DNA of 64,000 nucleotides, from IMG/VR virus record IMGVR_UViG_3300017971_000190, positions 1 to 64,000 of that record; one strand, given 5' to 3'. A program made the translations under genes and the position numbers. Position 1 is the stretch's first letter. Every line of letters begins with the position of its first letter. The notes under the pieces were generated by a model. The model made no database searches, was not told the origin of the DNA, and saw only the letters and a program-made list of their open reading frames with translations. Shown in pieces: positions 13,730-23,155 of the stretch.

Positions 13730-13758
13730 TTGACAAAACTAGTTTTTCAGTCATAAAA
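13730..13758 (+). promoter_or_regulatory. Variant promoter TTGACA-16-CATAAA
   Basis: Shares TTCAGTCAYAAAA with 15419-15431. Confidence 0.4.
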
Positions 13759-13801
13759 ATAGGAGGGAAATGTAATTTATCCTTTAGAAGGAGAAAGAAC
13801 C

Positions 13802-15319
13802 ATGTTGATTTTCAGAAGTTTTTTGCTCACCTTTTTCGTTTTCTTTTTGACTGCTTGTGGGGCTGGAAGTGGGGTCAGTAACGATATCCCTGACTCAGCG
13901 GTTGGAAATGATGCTGTTTCCAACAACAATAACAACAACGGAAACGAAAATACCAACAGCAACTCCAATTCAAATCCTGTTTGTGGTAATGGGAATATTG
14001 AGGAGGGGGAAATTTGTGATGATGGAGCTGCCAACAGCGATACGGAACCTAACGCCTGCCGAACTACTTGCACTCTACCTTCTTGCGGTGATGGTGTTGT
14101 TGATGACGACGAAGCCTGTGACGATTCGAACCTGGGTGGTTCTACTTGCGCCAGTGAGGGCTTCACAGCCGGTCTGCTAAGTTGCGCTTCGAGTTGCGAG
14201 TTGGATTTTACAAACTGTACAACTTGCGGTAACGGAGTAGCTGAAGGCTCTGACCCAGCGTGGCCGGGTTACGAGGTTTGTGACGGTACGGACCTTAGGA
14301 GTCTGAGCTGCACCGATTTTGGTCTCCCAGCTGGGGTATTGGCTTGTTCTGCGTGCACTTGGAACACCTCTGGTTGCGTCGGAGCGGCAACTTGTGGAAA
14401 CGGAACAGTGGAAGCGTGGGAAGGTTGTGACGACGGTAACACCACCCCTTGCGATGGTTGCAGCTCGACGTGTCAGGTAGAAGAGTGCGGTAACGGGGTG
14501 GTGGAGTGCTCGGAAACCTGTGACGATGCCAACAGTTCCAACGAAGATGCCTGTCTCAATATCTGCGTTCTCAATACTTGTGGAGATGGGTACATCAACG
14601 TTGGTGTTGAAACCTGTGATGACGGAAATAACAACGTCAACGACGCTTGTCCAGATGGACCAGCGGGTACTTGTCAAATTACCACTTGCGGTGATGGTTT
14701 CACTAATTTAAATACAGAGACTTGCGACGACGGCAACGGCAACAACGAAGATGCCTGTCCTGATGGTGTTGGCGGAACGTGCCTTGCCGCTTCTTGTGGA
14801 GATGGTTTTGTTCAGACGGGGGTTGAGAACTGCGATCCTGGTTTGGACCCTATCTGCAATGGTGATTGTACTGGTTCCTGTGGTGATGGAGTTTGGAACA
14901 GTACTTACGAGATTTGTGATCCGTCAGTATCTGGACATGAAATGTGTAATCCTGACTGTGCGGGTTATTGTGGAGATGGGATTTTGCGATCTCAGTGGGA
15001 AGACTGTGATCCTGGAATTTCTGGTGGTCCGCCATGTTTCTATCCTGAATGCACCTTGTCTGTTTGTGGTGATGGGATTTGTGATTGGAATAATGAGTCT
15101 CATAGTAGTTGTCCAGGAGATTGCCCTTGTAGTAATCCTACCGATACTTATTGTGGTGGACAGTGCTGGCCCCCAGCCAATGGCGAATACCCAACCTGTT
15201 GTTCTGATGGAATTGCAATGTACAACGATTTTCCGGGCGGTTATTATATTGTACATTGTGGTGACTGCTCGATCACCTGTAGTAGCACACAAGATTGTGT
15301 TTCTGGTCAGTGCGTTTAA
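13802..15319 (+). CDS. Lipoprotein with Myxococcus-type Cys-rich (DUF4215-like) repeats
   Basis: Lipobox LTAC; many CGNG/CGDG..E.CDDG repeats; poly-Asn linker. Confidence 0.85.
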   Translation: MLIFRSFLLTFFVFFLTACGAGSGVSNDIPDSAVGNDAVSNNNNNNGNENTNSNSNSNPVCGNGNIEEGEICDDGAANSDTEPNACRTTCTLPSCGDGVVDDDEACDDSNLGGSTCASEGFTAGLLSCASSCELDFTNCTTCGNGVAEGSDPAWPGYEVCDGTDLRSLSCTDFGLPAGVLACSACTWNTSGCVGAATCGNGTVEAWEGCDDGNTTPCDGCSSTCQVEECGNGVVECSETCDDANSSNEDACLNICVLNTCGDGYINVGVETCDDGNNNVNDACPDGPAGTCQITTCGDGFTNLNTETCDDGNGNNEDACPDGVGGTCLAASCGDGFVQTGVENCDPGLDPICNGDCTGSCGDGVWNSTYEICDPSVSGHEMCNPDCAGYCGDGILRSQWEDCDPGISGGPPCFYPECTLSVCGDGICDWNNESHSSCPGDCPCSNPTDTYCGGQCWPPANGEYPTCCSDGIAMYNDFPGGYYIVHCGDCSITCSSTQDCVSGQCV

Positions 15320-15401
15320 AAATTATTTCTCTCCTTTCTTTTTAATTTTCAACAATTAAATAAATGAGGGAAGAAAAATAAAAATAAAAGTCAAAAAAGT
15401 C

Positions 15402-15431
15402 TTGACGAAAATACTTTCTTCAGTCACAAAA
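15402..15431 (+). promoter_or_regulatory. Variant promoter TTGACG-17-CACAAA
   Basis: Same TTCAGTCAYAAAA motif as at 13746. Confidence 0.4.
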
Positions 15432-15509
15432 TATATTGTGAGAGACAGAAAAACAAAAAACTCAACTGGAGAAATTAAAACTCCTACAAACCCAGAAAGG
15501 ACTGAAACC

Positions 15510-16031
15510 ATGAAGACCAAGACCAACAAGACGAGCATCATCGAGACCATCACCACCGCGCTGACGGACCTGCGTGCACAGCGAGACGATCTGAACAAGC
15601 AGATCTCCGAGCTGGAGGGAATGCTTTCCCATTACGAGTCGGAGCTGCACCGTGTCATCGCCTCCCTGAAGGGAACCAAGAAGGCCAAGCGCACCGTCAA
15701 GCGTGGTCCCGGTCGTCCCAAGGGCAGCAAGAACAAGGCGAAGACGAGCACTCGTCGCGGCCCCGGTCGCCCGAAGGGTTCGAAGAACAAGGCGAAGACG
15801 GCGAAGACCGAGAAGACGGTCGAGAAGAAGTCAGCCGCTCCGCTGAAGGCGGTCATCGTCTCCATGCTCCGCGAGTACGGCGAGCCCGTGCACGTCAACG
15901 AGCTGCAGCATCGGCTGGAGACCGAGGGTGTGACCGACAACGCCAAGACGGTCGCCGTCACCCTGTCCGCCCTGAAGAAGAAGGGTGAGGTCAAGAAGGG
16001 TGACGAGGTGGGCTTCTGGGCCGTCGCGTAA
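15510..16031 (+). CDS. Basic DNA-binding protein: coiled coil + 2 AT-hook-like RGPGRPKG repeats + C-terminal winged-helix-like domain
   Basis: SD aaagg before ATG 15510; Lys/Arg-rich; codons end almost exclusively in G/C. Confidence 0.8.
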   Translation: MKTKTNKTSIIETITTALTDLRAQRDDLNKQISELEGMLSHYESELHRVIASLKGTKKAKRTVKRGPGRPKGSKNKAKTSTRRGPGRPKGSKNKAKTAKTEKTVEKKSAAPLKAVIVSMLREYGEPVHVNELQHRLETEGVTDNAKTVAVTLSALKKKGEVKKGDEVGFWAVA

Positions 16032-16054
16032 TTCCTGCCACTTTCCTTCCCCCT

Positions 16055-16092
16055 GAAGGCCCTGGGAATTTTCCTGGGGCCTTCACCTTTTT
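16055..16092 (+). terminator. Intrinsic terminator
   Basis: gaaggccctgggaa/ttcctggggccttc hairpin followed by a T-rich tract. Confidence 0.75.
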
Positions 16093-16117
16093 GGCCCTCT
16101 CTTTGTAAAATACCCCC

Positions 16118-16510
16118 ATGAAAATTTTAGTGTGTGGTTCTAGGAATTGGGATAGACGAAAACCAATTTGGGAAGCTCTTGGAGCTGTTAAGAAAAAGAA
16201 AAATGTGACCGTTATACATGGAACTGCTAAAGGAGCTGATACACTGGCTGGGGAAATTGGGTGGGAGTTAGGATTTAATATAGAAAAATACCCAGCTAAT
16301 TGGGAAAAGTATGGTAAAGCTGCTGGTCCTCTTCGTAATCAAAAAATGATTGATAAAAATCCTGATGTGGTGTTGGCTTTTACAGAAGACTTAGATTCTT
16401 CACGTGGGACAGCTGATACAGTACGACGTGCAAAAAAAGCAGGTATTCCCGTTTTTGTTTATCCAAAAACTAAAAATTGGTACAAACGCTGGAAGAAAAT
16501 AAAAAGTTGA
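16118..16510 (+). CDS. SLOG-superfamily YspA/DUF2493-like protein
   Basis: ILVCGSR, VIHG.AKGAD, W..YGKAAGP.RN..M, VLAF, RGT.DTV..A motifs. Confidence 0.85.
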   Translation: MKILVCGSRNWDRRKPIWEALGAVKKKKNVTVIHGTAKGADTLAGEIGWELGFNIEKYPANWEKYGKAAGPLRNQKMIDKNPDVVLAFTEDLDSSRGTADTVRRAKKAGIPVFVYPKTKNWYKRWKKIKS

Positions 16511-16535
16511 CACTCTTGTTACCTTGTGCTAGCGT
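16507..16535 (+). promoter_or_regulatory. Sigma70-like promoter
   Basis: TTGACA-17-TAGCGT with TGTG. Confidence 0.55.
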
Positions 16536-16555
16536 AGTCTAATTGGAGGTGGTAG

Positions 16556-16783
16556 GTGAGTATTCGAGCTAGAAGTGACGGTCGGGCCGATATGTACCTT
16601 TGTGATGCTGAAGGTTGTCACACCCGACGAGCTAGTTCTGTAGGAACTCCTAGAGGTTGGGTTCAAGGTGAGCATGGTTACTACCACCTCTGTACTTTCT
16701 GTAAACATCTTAAACCTCGCTACGACCAAATTGTTAGAGTTCACGGTGTAAAAGCTTTGACCGGCAGAAAAGGACCAGGTTGA
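16556..16783 (+). CDS. Small Cys/His-rich hypothetical protein
   Basis: SD ggaggt. Confidence 0.6.
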   Translation: MSIRARSDGRADMYLCDAEGCHTRRASSVGTPRGWVQGEHGYYHLCTFCKHLKPRYDQIVRVHGVKALTGRKGPG

Positions 16784-16784
16784 A

Positions 16785-17273
16785 ATGGATAGACTTACTG
16801 AAACAGTTCCATATCAAATTCTTCCAACTACTTTTAAACGCTGTCAGCTTTGTGGTTACACAAGTGATGATATTTGCGAATTCAGGTTGTGGTGTGAATG
16901 TGATGAAAATGACAAACCTGAGCCCTATAATATTTTGATTGCTTGTAAAAGTGATGATTGCTTTCAAATAATTAAAGAGCACGAGCGTCTTTATTTTGAA
17001 CTCTCTTGGAGTACTGGTGAACCAGGTCATTTTATCTTGCTTTGTGGAGATTGTCCTCATAGAGATGGAACACACTGTACTCATCCAGATTTAAAGATTA
17101 ATGGTGGGAATGGTTTACTTCTTCATAGAGCTGGAGATCCAATTTTCCGCGCTAATATTTGCTACCATGACGATAATGCAGAATACGGATTAAAGTGCGG
17201 AAAATTGAAAGCTCCTTTTGTAGGGTGTGCTGGTTTGCCATCAGATCACGATAATCACATTAAAGATATGTAA
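16785..17273 (+). CDS. Cys-rich hypothetical protein
   Basis: 162-aa ORF. Confidence 0.7.
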   Translation: MDRLTETVPYQILPTTFKRCQLCGYTSDDICEFRLWCECDENDKPEPYNILIACKSDDCFQIIKEHERLYFELSWSTGEPGHFILLCGDCPHRDGTHCTHPDLKINGGNGLLLHRAGDPIFRANICYHDDNAEYGLKCGKLKAPFVGCAGLPSDHDNHIKDM

Positions 17274-17546
17274 ATGCAGACTAAATCCAAAGACGACGTT
17301 GTTTGGGAAGGTGGAATTAACGATGCTCACCATTGGTTACCTAATGGTTTGCATGTACGAATTACAGCAATCACTCTTCCTAGTGGTCCAAGTATCTTTA
17401 TTTGGGATGTGAGTGACCCCTTAATCCGGGCTCCAGTGGCAGCTAGTATTTACGAGTTTCAATTGGAGAACCACCCTAAAACTTTTGAGGTGGCTGCAAG
17501 TCAAGCTCTACACGCCGCTTCTAAAATCAAACCTTACGGGAGTTGA
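17274..17546 (+). CDS. Hypothetical protein
   Basis: Abutting gene. Confidence 0.6.
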   Translation: MQTKSKDDVVWEGGINDAHHWLPNGLHVRITAITLPSGPSIFIWDVSDPLIRAPVAASIYEFQLENHPKTFEVAASQALHAASKIKPYGS

Positions 17547-17761
17547 TCTTGCCTTATCAAAAACATCAACATAAGTGGACTTTTTTGAATGCCGCAGGAG
17601 CTAAAAAATTCTCCTGGTGCAAAGGATGTGGTTCATTGAGAGTAGAAACTTTGTTTGGAAAAGTTTCTTATCGTCTGAGCAATTCTTATAAAGCTTCACT
17701 GCCCAAAGTAGCTGATGGATTACCAACACAAGAGGAGAAAGAAACTGGTGCAGAAGATTAA
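17543..17761 (+). CDS. Hypothetical protein
   Basis: 4-nt overlap with the previous gene. Confidence 0.5.
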   Translation: MILPYQKHQHKWTFLNAAGAKKFSWCKGCGSLRVETLFGKVSYRLSNSYKASLPKVADGLPTQEEKETGAED

Positions 17762-17904
17762 AAAGAAAAGCGTGTGGTCTAAAAAAGGAGAGACTACTCC
17801 GTCTGTGCGTGTAAGTAGAATAAGAAAAGAAGAGATTTGTTTTTATCCCTACTTTGGTGGTGGGGCTGAACAAAAGCTAAACCGAGATCAATTTCTCCAT
17901 TTTT

Positions 17905-18135
17905 ATGAGCTTTGTGAGGGTTAACGTGGCTACTACTAAATTTACACACGAGGGAGATCTTCTCAACACAGTTTCTAGCCATGATTTGGTAATTGATACT
18001 GTTCGTTTACGAAAAGTTGGAGCCTGTTGGGTGGACGAAAAAGGTAGAAAGTTTGATTTAAAAACAGGCTATGATACTAAGCGTGCTTGGGGGTTGGTGA
18101 AGTTAGATTTGGCTTCGGTCAAAAAAATGAAATAA
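17905..18135 (+). CDS. Hypothetical protein
   Basis: ORF in gene string. Confidence 0.5.
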   Translation: MSFVRVNVATTKFTHEGDLLNTVSSHDLVIDTVRLRKVGACWVDEKGRKFDLKTGYDTKRAWGLVKLDLASVKKMK

Positions 18136-18557
18136 TGAGTAAACTACCCGTTCAACCTACATTGCCTGGTACAAGAATTAACCCTAACGCAGTATTGTGT
18201 CCATACTGTGGCAAAAGAGCTGTACTCACCACCAGTAAAGAGATTTACGGTAAAGATTATGGACCAGTCTACCTGTGTAAATGCAAGAAGGAGTGGGCTT
18301 ACGTTGGATGTCATCCTGGTACCACCAAACCTTTGGGAAGATTAGCTGATGCTCAATTGCGAGCTGCTAAAAAAGGGGCTCACAGGGTTTTTGATAAACT
18401 TTGGAAACGCAAAGGTGGGAATAGAAAAAAAGCTTACGCTTGGTTGGCTAAGCAATTAGATATACCTGGAAAAGAGTGTCATATTGGGGAAATGGATGTA
18501 GATCTGTGTATGAGAGTAATTGAGGTTTGTAAAAAGAAACTTCACGGAGAGTCGTAA
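18135..18557 (+). CDS. DUF3268-like zinc-finger protein
   Basis: CPYCG..YG..YLC..C..AYVGCH.GT..PLG.LAD..LR..AH..FD.LW..AY.WLA..L..CHIG pattern. Confidence 0.85.
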   Translation: MSKLPVQPTLPGTRINPNAVLCPYCGKRAVLTTSKEIYGKDYGPVYLCKCKKEWAYVGCHPGTTKPLGRLADAQLRAAKKGAHRVFDKLWKRKGGNRKKAYAWLAKQLDIPGKECHIGEMDVDLCMRVIEVCKKKLHGES

Positions 18558-18561
18558 ATAA

Positions 18562-19065
18562 ATGATGACACCAATTTGCTTAAATGATTGGTTTGAGGCT
18601 AATAAACCAAAGGTAGGATTGTTCTGGGAAAAAGCTGCGTATAAACAAATTGAATTTTTTAGACATTTAGTTTTGGCGGTTTGTTTAAACGAACATCAGT
18701 CCAGTCTAGAAGAATTAGATTCAGCACGTCCTGTAGTAATTGGAGAACATACCTCTAAATCTATAAAATTGCCGGTAGTTGAATTTCGTAGTAAGAATGG
18801 TATAATTTTTACCATTCGAGATAATTTTTTAAACTATAAAATTTCTGTATCTTCCCCATTTCCTGTGGAAGTTGATTTCTTTGATTTATTCAATCCAAAA
18901 CCAAACGAATGTTTGCATCCTGTTTATTTTGAAGGTTTTCCACCCCATAAAATTTTTGGATCTTTTAGCGAAAATAATAAACAATTCTCAGCACATCTTC
19001 TTTTAAAAGAGGAAGTGTACCTTTTAATTTGGATAATAGTCCGAACTTTGGCAGACAAAGAATAA
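18562..19065 (+). CDS. Hypothetical protein
   Basis: 167-aa ORF. Confidence 0.7.
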   Translation: MMTPICLNDWFEANKPKVGLFWEKAAYKQIEFFRHLVLAVCLNEHQSSLEELDSARPVVIGEHTSKSIKLPVVEFRSKNGIIFTIRDNFLNYKISVSSPFPVEVDFFDLFNPKPNECLHPVYFEGFPPHKIFGSFSENNKQFSAHLLLKEEVYLLIWIIVRTLADKE

Positions 19066-19080
19066 TTAAGGAGTAGTACC

Positions 19081-19431
19081 ATGCCAATTTGGATGTATTT
19101 TATACTGATATTTTGCTTCCTTTTTGGTCTAGGTTTTCGTTATCTATCTATTAAATGTCGTCTTCGTTTTTATGTTTTTCTTTGGCCTGTTTTAGGTTTT
19201 CTCCTTCCACTTCCTGCATCAGCTACAAAATTTATGTGGAGACCTGTTGCTTTTTGCTTAGCCTATGTAGCTGGTGTTATCGTAGGGTCTTTCCTTTTTA
19301 GAAAAGTTAAACCACTACCAGATCCAATTAAAGAATTGATTAAAGATATTAAAGCAAATGGAAAAATAATAGTTGTAGGTGAAGCTACAGGTGAAATTGT
19401 AGAAACTAAAGATTTTAGTAGAGAGGACTAA
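19081..19431 (+). CDS. Membrane protein (about 3 TM)
   Basis: Hydrophobic segments; SD aaggag. Confidence 0.7.
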   Translation: MPIWMYFILIFCFLFGLGFRYLSIKCRLRFYVFLWPVLGFLLPLPASATKFMWRPVAFCLAYVAGVIVGSFLFRKVKPLPDPIKELIKDIKANGKIIVVGEATGEIVETKDFSRED

Positions 19432-19433
19432 AA

Positions 19434-19700
19434 ATGTATATTCCAGTCCGGTGTGCTCTTTGTGGTGAAGAAGCAGATCAAGATGACTATACTCGTTCAA
19501 TTCTAACACGCAGTGTTTGTGACTCTTGCTACAATGTATTTATGGAACTGAAGCGAACAGTTGAAAATAAAGAAGGAAATTCTGAAGAAACTAATTATGC
19601 GGCAAAATTGTACAATCTTGCTTGGAATAAAATTACAGCAGGAAAAGTAAGTGGATTCGATTGGCTCTTTACCTACGCCGAAGAGAAATGGGGAGAATAG
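19434..19700 (+). CDS. Zn-binding hypothetical protein
   Basis: CxxC..CxxC. Confidence 0.6.
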   Translation: MYIPVRCALCGEEADQDDYTRSILTRSVCDSCYNVFMELKRTVENKEGNSEETNYAAKLYNLAWNKITAGKVSGFDWLFTYAEEKWGE

Positions 19701-20035
19701 ATACCATGCTGACAGACGGTGAAAAGATGGTTTGGGCAGCTGCATTTGTAAGTGTTTATATGGAGGGAGGCAGAAGTATTGGACGCTGTATAACAGCAGC
19801 TACAAAAGCAGTTACAAAATTAAAAGAGGGTTCTTCTCATTTTTGCCAAACCTCGGGAAATCCTGAGGCTAATTCTATGCTGCAAGAAATGTTAGGGAAG
19901 ACAGGAGAATCTACAAGCTTTACTTGTTATTCTTGCGAAACGATTGTAATATGTTCGCCTGAAGAAGCACACCTTACAGGTCCTAAACTTTGTGGAGACT
20001 GTCTTCAGAAGGAGTACGATAAACATGACACCTAA
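19661..20035 (+). CDS. Hypothetical protein with C-terminal Zn ribbon
   Basis: ORF in gene string; start uncertain. Confidence 0.6.
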   Translation: MALYLRRREMGRIDTMLTDGEKMVWAAAFVSVYMEGGRSIGRCITAATKAVTKLKEGSSHFCQTSGNPEANSMLQEMLGKTGESTSFTCYSCETIVICSPEEAHLTGPKLCGDCLQKEYDKHDT

Positions 20036-20264
20036 ACCTGTTTTTGAAGTGCAAACTAGAGATGTTAGTGGAGAATTGAGGTGGTGGTCTACTCTCAAAG
20101 AAGCTCTAGCCTACGCTAAAGAAAATGAGACAGTTTGGAAAATCAGTTTTCCTGTGGGACCCCCCGAAAATGGTGAGCGTTGTCGTTTTGTGCGCAGTGA
20201 AGAGGGCTGTTGGTTTTACGAAGATATTGTAGCTGCTGTGCAAGCCGAGCTGGAGAAAAAATGA
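20025..20264 (+). CDS. Hypothetical protein
   Basis: SD aaggag before ATG 20025. Confidence 0.6.
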   Translation: MTPKPVFEVQTRDVSGELRWWSTLKEALAYAKENETVWKISFPVGPPENGERCRFVRSEEGCWFYEDIVAAVQAELEKK

Positions 20265-20491
20265 ATCGTTCAGACCAGCTTTTGACAATTACTTGTCCAA
20301 TTTGTGGTACTGGTATTGCTACAGCTTGTCATCTCGTGTTCGAAGATGATGACCCCATAGAATATACAAGTGCTATAGCTTGCTGTGAAGAAAATTGCGG
20401 TCATAGGGTGAGTACTTCCTCAAACAAAAGTATGGATGATGCAATGTTTAAAGCTTGGGAACATTATGTTTCCGATGGGAGTAAAAAATGA
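20261..20491 (+). CDS. Zn-ribbon protein
   Basis: CPIC..CC..C; SD ggag. Confidence 0.55.
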   Translation: MNRSDQLLTITCPICGTGIATACHLVFEDDDPIEYTSAIACCEENCGHRVSTSSNKSMDDAMFKAWEHYVSDGSKK

Positions 20492-20672
20492 CATATTTAT
20501 CTCCGATTCTGAAACCACTTAGCAAGACGGCCATTAGGTTTCGTTTTAAAGTAAGTGAGAAAGAATTAGAATAATTAATTACTAGTGGACAATTTCCTCC
20601 TCCAGATGGAGTATATGGTGAAAAACTATTCCAAGTTCCTGTATGGAAACAAAGATACACTGAATAATTTTT

Positions 20673-21050
20673 TTGCGATCTACAGAAAGAAAAATTGAAA
20701 TGGGAGCAGTAAACATACCACCCGAAGAAATCAAAATAGTTCCTGTGGATTGTGGGTCTATTAGAAAACCTAGTTGTCCTCATGAAGAGTGTGATTATCG
20801 CTTAGACACAGCAATTGTTGGCTGTAACCTGACTGGTAAAACAAATGTTCGTTTTGGTTTTTGGTGTAATCACTGTAAAACCTTTTTTAGGTATACAGCC
20901 GATGTTTTTGATGCCAGTGGTCACTACTGGCTTCTTTGCCGTGCTATTGAAGACACCCATTTGGTTACATTTACAGGCGATGAAAACTCTTTAAAAGAAG
21001 AGTACTACGACCAAACCTTCAACAAAAAAGAGGAGAAACAAAATGGATAG
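20673..21050 (+). CDS. Zn-binding hypothetical protein
   Basis: CP..C..WCNHC; start probably ATG ~20700. Confidence 0.6.
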   Translation: MRSTERKIEMGAVNIPPEEIKIVPVDCGSIRKPSCPHEECDYRLDTAIVGCNLTGKTNVRFGFWCNHCKTFFRYTADVFDASGHYWLLCRAIEDTHLVTFTGDENSLKEEYYDQTFNKKEEKQNG

Positions 21051-21342
21051 TGTACAGTATGTTGGCGCTGGCAAAGAAGAAACCAAAAAAGCTATTGTAG
21101 CTGCTAAAGCAAAATTGAACTTGGGACAACATTGGACTCTCAAAGCAGATCATGAGGATATGCTTCCTATTTATCCTACCGATATTTTAATTCTAAGCAC
21201 CTCAGATTTTTCTTTTGGAGGAGTTGTGAGTCTTTGTCTAGCCCCATCCAAATTAGAAGGTAGACATTTTCCAGCAAGAGCTGATATCATTCTAGACTAC
21301 TATAAGCTAGTTTATGACCCTTATGAAAAAGAGGCAGTTTAA
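21043..21342 (+). CDS. Hypothetical protein
   Basis: SD aggag. Confidence 0.65.
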   Translation: MDSVQYVGAGKEETKKAIVAAKAKLNLGQHWTLKADHEDMLPIYPTDILILSTSDFSFGGVVSLCLAPSKLEGRHFPARADIILDYYKLVYDPYEKEAV

Positions 21343-21956
21343 TGTCTCACCCGCCAAATTGTCCTGGAGACATTGGTGTTTGTTCTTTTTGTGGCAACAC
21401 AGATGCTGACGGACGACGCCTTATTCAGGGTCCTCTGGTAGTCATTTGTGAAGAGTGTGTAGGCACTTGTCAAATTCAATTGAGACAATGGCCTTTTACT
21501 CACGGCGTAAGAAACGTCTACATAAGCTCCAGCTGGAAAAATAGAGAGAATGTCAGAGAGCTAGCCACTCAATTAACTGAGGCTGGTTACGACGTTTACG
21601 ACTTCACCAACCCAGCTTGCAGAAAAAGCCCAGAGATTCCACCCGAGAAATTTCCTGAACAATTCGATCCCGCGAAACACCGATACAAGGATTACATAAG
21701 CTCTGTTCCAGCTTGGCGCGAAGCTGTAGAAGGTAATCGAGAAGCGCTTGACAATTGCGATGCAGTTGTGTTACTACTACCCTGTGGGTTAGATGCCCAT
21801 GCGGACGCTTTCTATGCTTTAGGAAAAGACAAGTACCTAATCGTTTGCGGACAACCCCGAGCTGGAGATAGAACCCCAACTCACCTTTGGGCAGACAAAA
21901 TTGTCTCTGATTTTGCTTCTGTACTCTCTATTTTGAAGGAACTTAAAAATGGTTGA
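21342..21956 (+). CDS. ClpX-type C4 zinc-binding domain fused to a nucleoside-deoxyribosyltransferase/TIR-like Rossmann domain
   Basis: CSFCG..RRLIQGP.V.ICEECV..C; then VYISSSW..RE..L..AGYDVYDF..ALDNCDAVVLLLPCG.DAH.D..YA.G..K. Confidence 0.75.
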   Translation: MSHPPNCPGDIGVCSFCGNTDADGRRLIQGPLVVICEECVGTCQIQLRQWPFTHGVRNVYISSSWKNRENVRELATQLTEAGYDVYDFTNPACRKSPEIPPEKFPEQFDPAKHRYKDYISSVPAWREAVEGNREALDNCDAVVLLLPCGLDAHADAFYALGKDKYLIVCGQPRAGDRTPTHLWADKIVSDFASVLSILKELKNG

Positions 21957-22254
21957 TGACTTGCTCAGTGCTCAAGAAATTGCTCATATTGTAAATAAGA
22001 CCACAGCTCTTCGTTATAACATGTCAGAAGTTATTGGAGATTCTCTTAAAAAGAGTCCTATCTTTGCCCATTTTGTAGAAGGGGAAGTTAACAAGTACTT
22101 TGAACAATTTTTGGATTGTCCCTCTTGTCAAAGTGTAGACGAGGAACTCTTTCAACGATGTCTTAGTCGTCGTAATGCTGTAGTGAAAAGGTTGATTAAA
22201 AAATTTGCCGAGGTAACAGCTTTTAAAATGAAACATATTGCTGCAAAGGGCTGA
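21949..22254 (+). CDS. Hypothetical protein
   Basis: SD aagga. Confidence 0.65.
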   Translation: MVDDLLSAQEIAHIVNKTTALRYNMSEVIGDSLKKSPIFAHFVEGEVNKYFEQFLDCPSCQSVDEELFQRCLSRRNAVVKRLIKKFAEVTAFKMKHIAAKG

Positions 22255-22257
22255 TAA

Positions 22258-22479
22258 ATGTCAACTACAACAAACTACAATTGTGACTATGGACTCTGTA
22301 CCATTTTCGCAGAAGACAATAAAATCTTTCGCTTTTCAGGGGATTCTAAATACCTTCGATTTGGGCCTGAAAATGGACTTATTAGACTTTGGTGTGCTCA
22401 GTGTGGTGACACCATTTGCCTTCTAAGCTCCTCTACTAAAAAGGCTTCTTTGTCTGTATACTGTTTGGAAGGAATCTAA
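22258..22479 (+). CDS. Zn-ribbon protein (paralog of the N-terminus of 22484-23155)
   Basis: Y.C..G..F.F..LR..EN..WC..C..I. Confidence 0.55.
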   Translation: MSTTTNYNCDYGLCTIFAEDNKIFRFSGDSKYLRFGPENGLIRLWCAQCGDTICLLSSSTKKASLSVYCLEGI

Positions 22480-22483
22480 GAGA

Positions 22484-23155
22484 ATGACTCTTTATACTTG
22501 TGAGTGTGGGGCTGTTGTCATCAAAACTGGTAACACTGATTTTAAATTTGAGGATAGATATGACAAATTACGTTGTACGGTAGAAAATGAACAACTCAAA
22601 TTTTGGTGTATTAATTGTAAGGGTGTGATTAACTTTCCCTTTCCAATTTTGGCTAGAGAAGGGCTCATTAAAGTTGGTACTTTTATGTCCGAGTACGAAG
22701 AAGATCCAGGGAGGTATGCTCCTCAAGCTGTGGTAGATGTTGTTCGTCAAATTATAGAATATTTTACACCACCAAGTAAAGGTGCTAAATCCAAAAAGTT
22801 TAAAGAATTACCTTCTTCAAAATATGAAGTACTGCAAGAGGGATCAAATTTTGAATACGATGTGCTTGCAGAACCTGGGGAAGAAGAATCCATTAATTAT
22901 CATTCTGTTTGGGTGGGGTTTTCTAGTGGAGTAAATAATGTAACACGTTTGATAGTTTCTAAAACAAAACCAGAAACTGATCACTGTGAATTTTTTAAAG
23001 GTCCCTTCAATGTTCAGATTCTAACTAAACCAGACGAAAAACCTGTTAATCCAACTGGTAAAACCTACAAATACAAGAAGAAAGAAAAATCAAATCACTC
23101 TTTGCAAGAGCTTAAAGATACTCACGTGGGAGCTGCTTGGGAGTGTACACGATAG
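22484..23155 (+). CDS. Hypothetical protein, N-terminal Zn ribbon
   Basis: 223-aa ORF. Confidence 0.75.
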   Translation: MTLYTCECGAVVIKTGNTDFKFEDRYDKLRCTVENEQLKFWCINCKGVINFPFPILAREGLIKVGTFMSEYEEDPGRYAPQAVVDVVRQIIEYFTPPSKGAKSKKFKELPSSKYEVLQEGSNFEYDVLAEPGEEESINYHSVWVGFSSGVNNVTRLIVSKTKPETDHCEFFKGPFNVQILTKPDEKPVNPTGKTYKYKKKEKSNHSLQELKDTHVGAAWECTR

